From positions 1 to 40,262 of the forward strand of contig DYGC01000003.1 in assembly GCA_020724925.1 (NCBI GenBank): DNA of 40,262 bases. The letters run 5' to 3'. The stretch comes from Candidatus Paceibacter sp. (GTDB lineage: Bacteria; Patescibacteriota; Patescibacteriia; DYGC01). This document shows positions 7,922 to 17,804 of the stretch, piece by piece; positions within the stretch are counted from its first letter, which is position 1, and every line of letters starts with the position of its first letter. The position numbers were made by a program, and so were the translations under genes. Below the pieces are notes generated by a model that was given only the letters and a program-made list of their open reading frames with translations, searched no databases and had not been told where the DNA came from.

Positions 7922-8860
7922 ATGAATGATCTGGAAAAATACTTAAAAGATTTTTTGGATTATTTGGAAATTGAAAAAAATCGATCTTTGCGTACTATCA
8001 ATAATTACGCCTTTTATTTGAATCGCTTTTGTTTATGGCTGGCCGATAATGGTCGGCCTTTGTCGTTAAATGAGTTAAATCAAGATAATTTGCGGGAATA
8101 TCGGAAGTGGTTGAATCGTTTGGAAACCGCCGGCAATGAAAACTTGAAGAAAAATACCCAAAATTACCATTTGATTGCTTTGCGTTCCTGGTTAAAGTAT
8201 TTAGCCAAGCGAGATTTGGAGGTGATGTCACCGGAAAAGGTGGAATTGGCCAAGATGCCGGAGCGTCAGGTGGATTTTTTAGAAGCCGAAGAAGTGGATG
8301 ATTTGTTGGCCGCCCCCGCCGCCACGCAAGAAGATGAAGTCATCCAAAAGCGCGACCGGGCGATATTGGAACTTTTATTTTCCACCGGCCTGCGTGTCTC
8401 GGAGTTGTGCGCTTTGAAAAAGGAGGATTTGAATTTGGATAAAGAGGAGTTTACGGTGCGTGGAAAGGGGAGTAAATTGAGAATTGTCTTTTTATCACCG
8501 GAAGCCAAAGAAGCCCTGAGAAATTATTGGGCTTTGCGAACCGATTTCAGTCCGTCGGCGTTTGTCCGTCACGACCGCGCCGGCACCGATAACGGTGACC
8601 CGAAAGGGCTGACTACAAGAAGTGTTCAGCGTTTGGTGGAAAAATATGCCAAGGCGGCCGGCATTGCCAAGCAAGTGACACCGCATACTTTGCGTCACTC
8701 TTATGCCACGGATTTATTGGTTAATGGCGCGGATATTCGTTCGGTGCAAACGATGTTGGGGCATAGCAGTATTATGACAACTCAGGTTTATACCCACATT
8801 ACTAATCGTCAATTGAAAGAAGTTTATAAAAAATTTCATAATAAGAAAAACGATTTATGA
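7922..8860 (+). CDS. xerC: XerC/XerD-family tyrosine recombinase
   Basis: SAM-like N-domain; intact catalytic set TGLRVSEL, GKGSK, HTLRHSYAT, LGH, TQVY; housekeeping context. XerC, XerD and single-Xer types cannot be distinguished by eye. Confidence 0.9.
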   Translation: MNDLEKYLKDFLDYLEIEKNRSLRTINNYAFYLNRFCLWLADNGRPLSLNELNQDNLREYRKWLNRLETAGNENLKKNTQNYHLIALRSWLKYLAKRDLEVMSPEKVELAKMPERQVDFLEAEEVDDLLAAPAATQEDEVIQKRDRAILELLFSTGLRVSELCALKKEDLNLDKEEFTVRGKGSKLRIVFLSPEAKEALRNYWALRTDFSPSAFVRHDRAGTDNGDPKGLTTRSVQRLVEKYAKAAGIAKQVTPHTLRHSYATDLLVNGADIRSVQTMLGHSSIMTTQVYTHITNRQLKEVYKKFHNKKNDL

Positions 8861-10197
8861 TTTACAAAATCAAACAACTTTTGAAAAAGATTTTACCGAA
8901 ATGGGTGATGCGTTTGTATCATTGGAAATTGGCGGTTTTGGCCAATCTGCTTTATGGTTTTCCCTCGGAGAAAATGATTATTATTGGGGTGACTGGTACC
9001 AACGGCAAATCCAGCACCGTGGAGATGATCGCTCGTTTAATTGAAGCTAGCGGTTATAAAGTCGGTTTTACTTCCACTGTTAAAATCAAAATCGCTGACA
9101 AAGAATTTTTAAATAAAAGTAAGATGACCATGCAGGGCCGTTTTGCTTTGCAAAAATCATTGAAACAAATGGTTAAAGCCGGCTGCCAATATGCGGTGGT
9201 GGAAACATCTTCTCAGGGTTTGGAGCAATTTCGTCATTTGGGAATCAATTATGATGTGGCGGTATTTACCAATTTAACGCCGGAACACATTGAAGCGCAC
9301 GGTGGTTTTGAAAATTACAAAAAAGCCAAGGGACGTTTGTTTGAGCATTTGAATAATAAAAATCGTAAAAATTTATTCGGACGACTTTGGGAAAAATGCT
9401 CGGTTATCAATGTGGCCGATGAGCACGCCGCTTATTATTTGAGTTTTCAAGCGGATAAAAAATATGGATTCGCTTTGGATAAAATTTATGATGCCAGCTT
9501 GGCTGAGAAGCTTAATCGTTTGTTGCTTTGCGAGCGTTATGAGTTGTCTTTGCAAGGTGCCAAGTTTTGGTTGAAAGATGAGGAATATCAAATACCGTTG
9601 TTGGGAAAATTTAATATCAAAAATGCTTTGTGTGCTTTAGCGGTGGCTAAATATTTACAGTTGGATGAATCAAAAGTAAAGAAAGCTTTGGCGGAATTGC
9701 CGATTATTCCGGGAAGAATGGAATTGATTAACGAAGGCCAGAATTTTACGGTTTTGGTGGATTACGCACCGGATCCGGCTTCGTTTGAGCAGCTTTATCA
9801 GGCTATTAAATTGTTGTCGCATAATAGAATCATTCATGTCTTTGGCAGTTGCGGTGGTGGTAGGGACGTGGCGCGGCGCCCGATTTTGGGACGTATGGCC
9901 GGCGAGTGGGCGGATTATTGTATTGTCACCAATGAAGATCCTTATGATGATGATCCGCAAGAAATTATTGATCAGGTGGCGGCCGGTTGTTTGGAAAAAG
10001 GAAAAATATTAAATGAAAACTTATTTAAGATTTTAAATCGTCGTGATGCCATTAAAAAAGCGATGTCTTTGGCGCAGGCCGGCGATTTGGTGGTAATGAC
10101 CGGCAAAGGCGCCGAGCAGGCGATTATGTTGGCCAATGGCACGCGCGAGGATTGGGACGAACGGGAAGAGGCACGGAAGGCGCTACGTGGTGTGTAA
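8857..10197 (+). CDS. murE: UDP-N-acetylmuramoyl-tripeptide synthetase (MurE family)
   Basis: GVTGTNGKSST P-loop, VVETSSQG, FTNLTPEHIEAHG, PGRME, GGGRD, GKG. Confidence 0.9.
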   Translation: MIYKIKQLLKKILPKWVMRLYHWKLAVLANLLYGFPSEKMIIIGVTGTNGKSSTVEMIARLIEASGYKVGFTSTVKIKIADKEFLNKSKMTMQGRFALQKSLKQMVKAGCQYAVVETSSQGLEQFRHLGINYDVAVFTNLTPEHIEAHGGFENYKKAKGRLFEHLNNKNRKNLFGRLWEKCSVINVADEHAAYYLSFQADKKYGFALDKIYDASLAEKLNRLLLCERYELSLQGAKFWLKDEEYQIPLLGKFNIKNALCALAVAKYLQLDESKVKKALAELPIIPGRMELINEGQNFTVLVDYAPDPASFEQLYQAIKLLSHNRIIHVFGSCGGGRDVARRPILGRMAGEWADYCIVTNEDPYDDDPQEIIDQVAAGCLEKGKILNENLFKILNRRDAIKKAMSLAQAGDLVVMTGKGAEQAIMLANGTREDWDEREEARKALRGV

Positions 10198-10320
10198 GTC
10201 ATTCCAGAAAATTTTGAACATAGTGAAAAATTTGTCTGGAATCCCGTGATAGTAAGATTAGCTTCGCCCACGGGATTCCGGGCTCTCGCCATCGGCTCGC
10301 CCCGGAATGACAGGATGACA
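10198..10320. repeat. Inverted pair of GTCAT-tagged palindromes
   Basis: GTCATTCCAG...CTGGAATCCCGTG (10198-10248) faces CACGGGATTCCGGG...CCCGGAATGAC (10269-10311), followed by an extra GGATGACA. Confidence 0.75.
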
Positions 10321-10368
10321 AGGCCAACGTACAAAGAAAATATTTAATAAAAATTAAACCATATACCC

Positions 10369-13362
10369 ATGCAAACCTACGCTGAATCATTGGAAAACCT
10401 CAATCCCGAGCAACGCCGCGCCGTGGAGTGCGTTGATAAACATTTGTTGATCGTGGCCGGCGCGGGGACGGGAAAAACGCAATTGGTGACCACCAAGATC
10501 GCTCATTTTTTAATGAATGATTTGGCGCGTGCCAACCAAATTCTGGCCTTGGCTTTCAATGATGATGCCGCCGACGAAATGGAGGCGCGAGTAATGGGTT
10601 ATTTGCCTTTGAGTTACGCCACCGATGATTTTTGGATTAAAACTTTTCACGCTTTTGGTGAAAGAATTTTGCGGGAAAACGCTTTTGAAGTTGGTTTGGG
10701 CAATGATTTTAAAGTTTTAAATAAAACCGAGCAATATTTATTGGTTTATCGCAACTGGTCGCGCTTTAAAGTTCGTCACATTGAGAAAAAAGGCAGCACC
10801 ATCACCTTGGTTAAAGCTTTGGTGGATTTTTTCCAGGATTGCAAACGGGAATTGATTACACCGGAAGATTATTGGCAGTGGACCGAAGATTGGCGTTTGA
10901 ATAAAGATCTGGCCAAGTTTTACAAACAAAATTTTAATCTGAATTATGATGAGGACGAGGCGCCCACCATGTCCGAAATTAAGGAAACGTATGAAGATCA
11001 CCGCGAACGCGCCGAAGCCTACGCTTTGTATCAAAAAATTCTTTTGGAAAATAATGCCATTGATTTCAGTGATATGTTGTTTCACGCTTATTTTTTGTTA
11101 AAAGATAAACCGTTGATTCGTCGTAAATATCAGGAGCAGTTTAAATATATTATCGTCGATGAATTTCAGGATACGGATTTTTTGCAATATGAATTGGTAA
11201 AAATGTTGTTGTCCGGCAAGAATCATTTGACCGTGGTGGGTGATGATGATCAATCTATTTATCGTTTTAGAGGAGCGTCCATTTATAATATTTTGCAATT
11301 TAAGGAAGATTTTCCGGAAGCGGAAGAAGTATTTTTGACCACCAATTATCGGAGCGGGCAAGAAGTTTTGGATTTGTCCTATCAATCCATTCAATATAAT
11401 AATCCGGAGCGTTTGGAAGTTAAATTGAATAACAGCAAGCGTTTACTTTCCAAGGAAAAGAAACATTCCAATGTCGAAGTTGCCGGTTTTAACACTGACG
11501 CCGATGAAATGGAATTCTTGATCAAACAAATTGTTCAGTTGTCCAAAGAACAAGAAGATTTTCAATGGAAGGACGTGGCGGTGCTCGCTCGCACTCACGC
11601 CGCCCTGGATACGGCCGCTAAAGCCTTGGAAGAAGCGGGCGTTCCTTATTGTTTGTATTCCGCCAAGGGTTTGTATAATAAAAACGCAGTTTTGGATGTT
11701 TTGAATTATTTGAAATTATTGGATGATTATCATGAAAGCACGGCGATGTTCCGTGTTTTATCATTGAGTATTTTTGATTTGCCGCGCGAGGACATCATCA
11801 AATTGAATCATTATTCCAAACAAAATCAGATTTCCTTGTGGGAAACTTGCAAACAAGCGGCGACTTTACCTTTAAATGACGGCAGTTTGGAAAAAATCAG
11901 CAAGATTTTACATTTGATTGAAAAACACAGTGCTCAAGTTAAAGATAAGAGTGTCGGACAAATCATTTTGAATTTTTTAACCGATAGCGATTATTTGAAA
12001 GATTTGTTGCGTGAAGAAAACGAACAAACCAAAGAGAGCTTGAAACATTTGCAAACCTTGTTTGAGAAAATCAAAAAGTTTGAGAGCAGTACTTTGGATG
12101 CCAGTTTGCCGGTTTTTATCGCCAATTTGCAGTTGGAATTGGATTTGGGCGAGAGCGGCGATTTGGGCATTGATTTTGATTTGGGACCGGACGTCGTTTC
12201 TTTGTTGACGGCCCATGGTTCCAAAGGTTTGGAATTTAAACATGTTTTTGTGATTAATTTGGTCAATGACAGTTTCCCCGGATCCAATCGTGATCGTGGT
12301 GGTTTGGATTTGCCTGACAGTTTGGTTAAAGAAAAAAGCAAGGATGAAAGTCATTATACCAAAAAGGAATTGCATTTGATGGAGGAGCGCCGTCTGTTTT
12401 ACGTGGCTTGCACGCGCGCCAAGGAATCATTATTTTTGACTTATTCCATTAAGCAAAGAAATTTAAAAAGAGATAAAAAACCGTCGGCGTTTTTGAGCGA
12501 ATTGGAATTGGATAAGGGTGATTTGCAAGATTTTGGTAAAGATTCTCTGAGCTTTTGGAAAACTTATGGCGCCGCCGATCGTTGGATGGCGGAAATCAAG
12601 CCCGGTGCCGAGCCGGTTTCGGCGTTGCCGACGCGTTATTCTTTCAGTAAATTGAAAACTTATTCCGAATGTCCTTATAAATACAAATTGCAACACATTT
12701 TGCGCGTGCCCACCAAACCGGCCGCGTCCTTGAGTTTTGGTCAAGCGATTCATCAAACTTTTGAAGCTTTTTGTAAAACTTTGATGGCCGGCGGACAAGT
12801 CAGTAAAAAGTTTTTATTGTCTTTGTTTGATAAATCCTGGGCGGCCAATGGCACCGGTTATGAATCTCCCCAACAAAAAGAGGAATATCATGAAAAAGGT
12901 TTGCAAATTATGGAAATGTTTTGGAACGATTATGAGAGCAATCATCCGAATGTTAAAGAAGTGGAAAAGCAAATCAATTGGAAATGGTCGGAAAAAGTCG
13001 CTTTGGAAGCGCGGCTGGACCGTTTGGATGTTTTGCCGGATGGAGCGTGGCGCGTGGTGGATTACAAAACCGGACGCGGTAAACAAAAAATCGATGATAG
13101 TTACAAGAAACAGTTGGTTTTATACGCTAAAGCGATGCAAGCACAGTATGGCGTTTTGCCCGCGGAAATCAAATTGATTTACGTGGAAGATTGGTTAGTA
13201 CACAATGTCAAAGTGACCGAAAAGGAAATCACGTCTTTGGATAAATGGGTGCAGGAAATTTTGGATGGAATCGCCGAGATGGATTATTCGCCCAATCCCA
13301 GCGAATTTAATTGCCAGTATTGTCCTTATCGTGATATTTGCGAATATAAAAAAGACACTTAA
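10369..13362 (+). CDS. UvrD/PcrA-type SF1 helicase fused to a C-terminal PD-(D/E)XK nuclease with four Cys (AddB/AdnB/Cas4-like Fe-S staple)
   Basis: AGAGTGKT, VDEFQDT, VGDDDQSIYRFRGA, NYRS, TAHGSKGLEF, EERRLFYVACTRA; then SFSKLKTYSECP, RLDRLD...VVDYKTG, QLVLYA, CQYCPYRDIC. Confidence 0.92.
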   Translation: MQTYAESLENLNPEQRRAVECVDKHLLIVAGAGTGKTQLVTTKIAHFLMNDLARANQILALAFNDDAADEMEARVMGYLPLSYATDDFWIKTFHAFGERILRENAFEVGLGNDFKVLNKTEQYLLVYRNWSRFKVRHIEKKGSTITLVKALVDFFQDCKRELITPEDYWQWTEDWRLNKDLAKFYKQNFNLNYDEDEAPTMSEIKETYEDHRERAEAYALYQKILLENNAIDFSDMLFHAYFLLKDKPLIRRKYQEQFKYIIVDEFQDTDFLQYELVKMLLSGKNHLTVVGDDDQSIYRFRGASIYNILQFKEDFPEAEEVFLTTNYRSGQEVLDLSYQSIQYNNPERLEVKLNNSKRLLSKEKKHSNVEVAGFNTDADEMEFLIKQIVQLSKEQEDFQWKDVAVLARTHAALDTAAKALEEAGVPYCLYSAKGLYNKNAVLDVLNYLKLLDDYHESTAMFRVLSLSIFDLPREDIIKLNHYSKQNQISLWETCKQAATLPLNDGSLEKISKILHLIEKHSAQVKDKSVGQIILNFLTDSDYLKDLLREENEQTKESLKHLQTLFEKIKKFESSTLDASLPVFIANLQLELDLGESGDLGIDFDLGPDVVSLLTAHGSKGLEFKHVFVINLVNDSFPGSNRDRGGLDLPDSLVKEKSKDESHYTKKELHLMEERRLFYVACTRAKESLFLTYSIKQRNLKRDKKPSAFLSELELDKGDLQDFGKDSLSFWKTYGAADRWMAEIKPGAEPVSALPTRYSFSKLKTYSECPYKYKLQHILRVPTKPAASLSFGQAIHQTFEAFCKTLMAGGQVSKKFLLSLFDKSWAANGTGYESPQQKEEYHEKGLQIMEMFWNDYESNHPNVKEVEKQINWKWSEKVALEARLDRLDVLPDGAWRVVDYKTGRGKQKIDDSYKKQLVLYAKAMQAQYGVLPAEIKLIYVEDWLVHNVKVTEKEITSLDKWVQEILDGIAEMDYSPNPSEFNCQYCPYRDICEYKKDT

Positions 13363-13364
13363 TT

Positions 13365-13700
13365 ATGGCTAGAAAATTGATTGATCAATCAATTGGGAAT
13401 TTGATGCGGCGCGGCGCCGGCGGGGGCGCTGCCAAAATGGAGCAGTTGTTGCTGGCGCAGTTTTTGTATTATGCCAATGAAGAATTGAAAAAATATTTTC
13501 CCAAAATCAGTCAAAATGATTTGCGGGCGGTCTCGGTGCGCGGTAAAAGCTTGATGATTTCTTGTAGTCACGCCGTCTTGATTCAGGAATTGCGTGCCAA
13601 AGAAAAAATGATTTTAAAAGCCTTGGCCGAGAAAATGCCACAATTTCCCGTGACCGCGTTGCGCGGGCAAATTCGCAGTAATGAGGAGCGTTGGGAATAA
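13365..13700 (+). CDS. DciA/DUF721-family protein
   Basis: 111 aa; RAVSVRGKSLMISCSHAVLIQELRAKEKMILKAL matches the DUF721 core pattern. Confidence 0.7.
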   Translation: MARKLIDQSIGNLMRRGAGGGAAKMEQLLLAQFLYYANEELKKYFPKISQNDLRAVSVRGKSLMISCSHAVLIQELRAKEKMILKALAEKMPQFPVTALRGQIRSNEERWE

Positions 13701-13720
13701 CGGCGATTTTGTGCTATGAT
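13691..13720 (+). promoter_or_regulatory. Putative extended -10 promoter
   Basis: TTGGGA-18 bp-TATGAT with TG two bases upstream of the -10 (TGcTATGAT), ahead of the ORF at 13753. Confidence 0.4.
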
Positions 13721-13752
13721 GGTAGGAAGTTTAGATTTAAAAATTTTATACT

Positions 13753-14136
13753 ATGCCATTACGACAATATTTGGCGCTCTTGATTTTAAGCGCCGCTTTC
13801 AGCTGGGCGATGTGGTTTTGGGTTTTTTATTATTTTCAGCCGGAAGGCGGTTTCCTGCACCGTGCCCTGTTTTTCGTGACCTTGTTCTTTTCCGTGTTTT
13901 TAACGGCATTTTTGGTGAATTTCGCCTTGCGCTTGATTAATTTCTATAAAAAAAATAAGATTTTAGGGAAAGAGCTTAATTTGAGCTTTCAGCAGAGTTT
14001 GGCCTTTTCATTGTTATTGCTGGTAATTTTGATTTTACAGAGCTGGCGAGTGCTAACTTGGTGGAATACCTTGTTATTGCTGGCGGCCGTGATTATCTGG
14101 CAATTTTTATTGCGATTCAGCCGAAATTTTAATTAA
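13753..14136 (+). CDS. Integral membrane hypothetical protein (~4 TM)
   Basis: 127 aa with four hydrophobic segments; fits the operon spacing before proS. Confidence 0.8.
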   Translation: MPLRQYLALLILSAAFSWAMWFWVFYYFQPEGGFLHRALFFVTLFFSVFLTAFLVNFALRLINFYKKNKILGKELNLSFQQSLAFSLLLLVILILQSWRVLTWWNTLLLLAAVIIWQFLLRFSRNFN

Positions 14137-14148
14137 TTTTCAAATATT

Positions 14149-15432
14149 ATGAAACAAAGTAAATTATTCGTAAAAAGCAGAAAAGAAGTGCAGAGTGAGG
14201 AAACCAGCATTAACGCTCAGTTATTATTAAAAGCCGGTTTCGTTGATAAACTGATGGCCGGTGTTTATACCTATTTGCCTTTAGGTTTGCGCGTTTTGGA
14301 TAAAATCAAAAACATTGTGCGCGAGGAAATGAATAAGGCGGGCGGTCAAGAAATTTTGATGCCGGCTTTAACTCCCAAGGAAATTTGGGTGCAAACCAAT
14401 CGTTGGGAAAATTTTGACGCTTTGTTCAAGTTGGAAAGTAATAATCATGAATATGCTTTGGGCGCGACCCATGAGGAAGTGGTGACGCCGTTATTACAGA
14501 AATTTACTTTTTCCTATAAAGATTTGCCGCAAGCGGTTTATCAAATTCAAACCAAATTCAGAAATGAAGCGCGCTCCAAATCCGGTTTGTTGCGTGGCCG
14601 CGAGTTTTCTATGAAGGATATGTACTCTTTCCATACTGATGAGGAAGATTTAAATCGTTATTATGCGGAAATGGAAAAAGTTTATGAAAAGGTTTGGGAA
14701 AGATTGGGAATTGGTCATATTACCGTAAAAACTTACGCTTCTGGTGGGGCTTTTTCCAAATATTCGCACGAATATCAGACTTTTGCACCGGTTGGTGAGG
14801 ATTTGGTTTATTATTGTCCGAAATGTAAGGTTGCTATCAATAAAGAAATTATTGAAGATTTGGAGCATGCGTGTCCGGAATGTCATGGTAAAGATTTGGA
14901 AGAGAAAACTTCCATTGAAGTTGGGAATATTTTTAAATTGATGACTAAATTCAGCGGGGCTTGTAATTTTAACTATACCGCCGCCGATGGCAGTGTGAAA
15001 CCGGTGATTATGGGTTGCTACGGTATCGGGCCAAGCCGATTGATGGGGACTTTGGCGGAAATTTATAATGATGCCAATGGCTTGATTTGGCCAAAAGCGG
15101 TCGCTCCTTTTCAAATTCACTTATTGTCATTGGGGGATCGTGATGAAAGCGTCCAAAACGAGATTATGAGCGCGGCGCAAAAATTGTATGAGCAATTGAC
15201 AGCTGCCGGTTGGGAGGTTTTATGGGATGACCGTGTGCAAGCCAGCAATGGTGAGAAATTTAAAGATAGTGATTTATTTGGGATCCCGCTCCGTTTGGTG
15301 CTTGGTAAGCAGTCTTTACAAGCGCAATCGGTTGAAGTAAAATTGAGAAATCAAGAAAACGGCGAATCATTGCCGATTTCGGAAGATTTGGAGAAAAAAT
15401 TAAAAGAAATTTACAATAATTATGCTGTTTGA
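14149..15432 (+). CDS. proS: Proline--tRNA ligase (short form without INS editing domain, with CxxC...CxxC insert)
   Basis: GATHEE, YQIQTKFRNEAR, GLLRGREFSMKDMYSF, IEVGNIFKL, MGCYGIG, C-terminal anticodon-binding domain. Confidence 0.96.
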   Translation: MKQSKLFVKSRKEVQSEETSINAQLLLKAGFVDKLMAGVYTYLPLGLRVLDKIKNIVREEMNKAGGQEILMPALTPKEIWVQTNRWENFDALFKLESNNHEYALGATHEEVVTPLLQKFTFSYKDLPQAVYQIQTKFRNEARSKSGLLRGREFSMKDMYSFHTDEEDLNRYYAEMEKVYEKVWERLGIGHITVKTYASGGAFSKYSHEYQTFAPVGEDLVYYCPKCKVAINKEIIEDLEHACPECHGKDLEEKTSIEVGNIFKLMTKFSGACNFNYTAADGSVKPVIMGCYGIGPSRLMGTLAEIYNDANGLIWPKAVAPFQIHLLSLGDRDESVQNEIMSAAQKLYEQLTAAGWEVLWDDRVQASNGEKFKDSDLFGIPLRLVLGKQSLQAQSVEVKLRNQENGESLPISEDLEKKLKEIYNNYAV

Positions 15433-16480
15433 TCGCTTGCTTAATCGTTTTTCCACGGATATTGGCCTGGATTTGGGAACCGGCTCCACTTTGATGTCTT
15501 TAAAAAATAAAGGCATTGTTATTAATGAGCCGTCCGTGGTAGCGGTTAACAGTCGCACTGAGCAAATCGTGTCCATTGGGCGCGAGGCCAGTAAGATGTT
15601 GGGGAAAACCCCGCCGTACATTACAGCAGTCAGGCCTTTAGACCATGGAGTGATTTCTGATTTTGAAATTACCGAGAAAATGTTGAAGTATTTTTTGGAT
15701 AAAATATATCAAGAATCATTTTCCGTTTTTCCTCGTCCCCGCGTGGTGGTTGGTGTTCCTTTGGACATCACTCCGGTGGAGAAGAAAGCGGTGGAAGACG
15801 CCGTTTTGTCCGCCGGAGCGAAGAGTGTTTTGTTAGTACAGAACGTGGTGGCGGCGGCTGTCGGGGCTGGCTTAAACATTCAAGATCCAGCTGGTAATAT
15901 GATTATTAGTTTAGGTGCTGGTTTAACAGAAATCGCAGTCTTGTCATTGAGCGGTGTAGTGACTTACAAAAGCATACCGATCGCCGGTGATATGCTGAAC
16001 ACTGATATTGTTCAGTATGTTAGAGAAAAATATTCTTTATTGATTGGTGACAAAATGGCCGAGAGTGCTAAACAAAAAATCACTAATTTGTTTGATAATA
16101 ATGAGATTTTATCAATGGATGTGCAGGGACGTGATTTGGTGACCGGTTTGCCAAAACAGGTTCATTTGACTAGTCATAACATGAAAGAGGCCTTGGCGAT
16201 TTCTTTGAAAAAAATCATCGCCGAAATTAAAAATACTTTAGAAGCCACTCCTCCGGAATTAATTGCTGATATTTATGAGAGGGGAATTGTTTTGTCCGGC
16301 GGTGGTGCTTTGATGAAAGGGATTGATAAGTTGATTTCCGATAATATTCAAATTCCAGTTACGATTACAGATGATCCATTGACCTGTACGATTAGGGGGA
16401 TTAGTTTACTTTTGGAAAATGATAATTTATTACAAGAAGTTAAAATTCCAACCAGTAAAGACGAAAGTTTGTTGCCATAG
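15422..16480 (+). CDS. mreB: Rod shape-determining protein MreB (divergent active site)
   Basis: DIGLDLGT, NEPSVVA, RPLDHGVISDF, GRDLVTGLPK, TPPELIADI, SGGGAL; located upstream of mreC. Confidence 0.93.
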   Translation: MLFDRLLNRFSTDIGLDLGTGSTLMSLKNKGIVINEPSVVAVNSRTEQIVSIGREASKMLGKTPPYITAVRPLDHGVISDFEITEKMLKYFLDKIYQESFSVFPRPRVVVGVPLDITPVEKKAVEDAVLSAGAKSVLLVQNVVAAAVGAGLNIQDPAGNMIISLGAGLTEIAVLSLSGVVTYKSIPIAGDMLNTDIVQYVREKYSLLIGDKMAESAKQKITNLFDNNEILSMDVQGRDLVTGLPKQVHLTSHNMKEALAISLKKIIAEIKNTLEATPPELIADIYERGIVLSGGGALMKGIDKLISDNIQIPVTITDDPLTCTIRGISLLLENDNLLQEVKIPTSKDESLLP

Positions 16481-16504
16481 TTTTTATAAATCAGACTTTA
16501 AAAT

Positions 16505-17299
16505 ATGAGGCGTTGGATGAAAATTTTTGCTTGGGCAATGCTAACGATTTTCGTCATTCTTTTTTTGTTGGTGGTTTTTAATCGTTCGTATCTTTTGTTT
16601 GATAAAATTGTTTATCCGGTGCAAGGATTTTTATATAATCGCAGCCAGGGGATTCGTGATTTATATGACAACTGGAAAAATTTTCGGGAACTGGAAAAGG
16701 AAAATAAATTGTTAATGGAGAAAAACATTCAATTGGAATTGGCCAATAGCCAATTGTTATCTGCTAAGCAAGAAAATGATGAGTTGCGGACCCAGCTGAA
16801 TTATGTTACTGAAAACGCTTATAGTGTATTGGGGGCAGAAGTAATTGGCAAAAGCACATCACCTTATGAGCAGGTTTTGATTATTAATAAAGGGACAATT
16901 CACGGTGTTAAGCCCGGTTATCCGGCGGTCGTGGGCGAAGGCTATTTAATTGGAAAAATTATTGTTGCCCATAAAACTTATTCTTTATTACAATTATTGA
17001 TTGACAACAATAGTGCGGTGGCGGCGACTGTACAAAATATTGATAAAACCAGTGGTGTGGTGAATGGTGAGTATGGTTTAAGTTTACGCATGAATTTTAT
17101 TCCCCAAAATGAAAATGTGGTGGTTGGTGACAAGGTTATCAGCTCAGGTTTAGAAAAATACATTCCTCGTGGTTTATTGATTGGCGTGGTGGAGGAATTA
17201 AAAAGTGAACAAGGGGAACTTTTCAAGACCGCGGACATAAAAACAATGGTAGATTTTAATAAAATCACTTCCTTATTAATTTTGAAAAGCAATGATTAG
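16505..17299 (+). CDS. mreC: Rod shape-determining protein MreC
   Basis: TM segment, coiled coil (ENDELRTQL), AEVIGKS, IINKGTIHGV, GDKVISSG...PRGLLIG. Confidence 0.93.
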   Translation: MRRWMKIFAWAMLTIFVILFLLVVFNRSYLLFDKIVYPVQGFLYNRSQGIRDLYDNWKNFRELEKENKLLMEKNIQLELANSQLLSAKQENDELRTQLNYVTENAYSVLGAEVIGKSTSPYEQVLIINKGTIHGVKPGYPAVVGEGYLIGKIIVAHKTYSLLQLLIDNNSAVAATVQNIDKTSGVVNGEYGLSLRMNFIPQNENVVVGDKVISSGLEKYIPRGLLIGVVEELKSEQGELFKTADIKTMVDFNKITSLLILKSND

Positions 17300-17804
17300 A
17301 AATTTTTTAATAGTTTTAATGTTATCACTGATCTTGCTGTGGCAATTCAGTTTTTATAATTTTTTCAGTAATTTTTTACCAATTACTTTGGTTCTTCTGT
17401 TGTTATTTTTATTCTATTCTTATCGTCGTGGGGCTCAGTCATTGTTGATTGTTTCCATTATCAGTTTTGAATATTTTTCTGGCCATTTTTATGGTTATTA
17501 TGTTTTATTGTTTGTGATTTATTATTTTTTAATGAGTTTTTTATTAAGACATTTTTTGGTCAATCGTTCTCGTTTGAGTTTGGTGGTTGCTTTGTTCTTG
17601 AGTGAGATTTTTTACTGGATTTACAATCGGATTTTTCTGTGGCTGGAAAATTTAATATGGCAAAAAAAATATATTTATCCTTTTGATTATTATTTGTTAT
17701 TAAAAGATTTTTTCTTTAATTTGTTGATTATTTTAGCGCTGTATCAATTGGTGAAATATTTAAAAAATAAGTTTTGGTCCAGTAATGAAATCATCATTGC
17801 CTAA
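17292..17804 (+). CDS. mreD: MreD-like membrane protein
   Basis: 170 aa, highly hydrophobic, overlapping mreC and mrdA. The assignment rests mainly on synteny and size. Confidence 0.65.
   Translation: MIRNFLIVLMLSLILLWQFSFYNFFSNFLPITLVLLLLFLFYSYRRGAQSLLIVSIISFEYFSGHFYGYYVLLFVIYYFLMSFLLRHFLVNRSRLSLVVALFLSEIFYWIYNRIFLWLENLIWQKKYIYPFDYYLLLKDFFFNLLIILALYQLVKYLKNKFWSSNEIIIA

Noticed and set aside
7922-8860. Tyrosine recombinase as a phage or integron integrase
   Set aside because: Embedded between clpP and murE with tight spacing; no integron-integrase insert, att sites or phage genes seen.
10738-13177. Short antisense and alternate-frame ORFs inside long genes (here and throughout the ORF track)
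   Set aside because: They overlap well-supported genes and have no motifs; they are expected shadow ORFs.
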